IMG/VR virus record: IMGVR_UViG_3300045540_000047
Span: 1 to 31,316 of that record
Reading direction: 5' to 3' (one strand)
DNA: 31,316 nt
From: a virus
Taxonomy: Duplodnaviria > Caudoviricetes
Part shown: positions 28,291 to 31,316 of the stretch, in pieces
How the letters are laid out: each line of letters opens with the position of its first letter
Numbering within the stretch: the first letter of the stretch is position 1
Program-made: the position numbers and the translations under genes
The notes under the pieces: model-generated
What the model was told of the DNA's origin: nothing
The model's input: the letters and a program-made list of their open reading frames with translations, nothing else
Databases searched by the model: none

Positions 28291-31316
<3,026 letters not shown>

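Overview
Late (morphogenesis) region of a tailed dsDNA phage. All credible genes are on the + strand and tightly coupled. Gene order is podovirus-like: no tape measure or sheath gene is seen. In order: an extein-free, degenerate intein-like (Hint + LAGLIDADG) ORF; large terminase; an 860-aa multi-module protein; portal; GroES-like co-chaperonin; scaffold; capsid accessory proteins; major capsid protein with terminator; collagen-like fibre next to a GT2/TPR glycosyltransferase; a first holin-like + lysozyme pair; small basic proteins; adaptor; 1171-aa tail fibre; a second holin + lysozyme pair; tail proteins; and a >1000-aa ORF, missed by the ORF track, that runs off the window inside a (Gly-Val-Thr)n repeat. 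The clearest unannotated signal is a six-copy motif with invariant spacing, GGGC[G/A]-N17-GGGTA[A/C]TT-N5-TA[G/A], heading each gene block. It is probably a phage-specific late promoter, and every copy overlaps a small inverted repeat. Other leads: possible domestication of the intein, possible fibre glycosylation, a recurrent [FYL]xxG[GK] peptide motif, and a structured leader RNA after the capsid gene. Product calls come from motif recognition and synteny only; no searches were run. No tRNA, rRNA, CRISPR array or integrase was seen.
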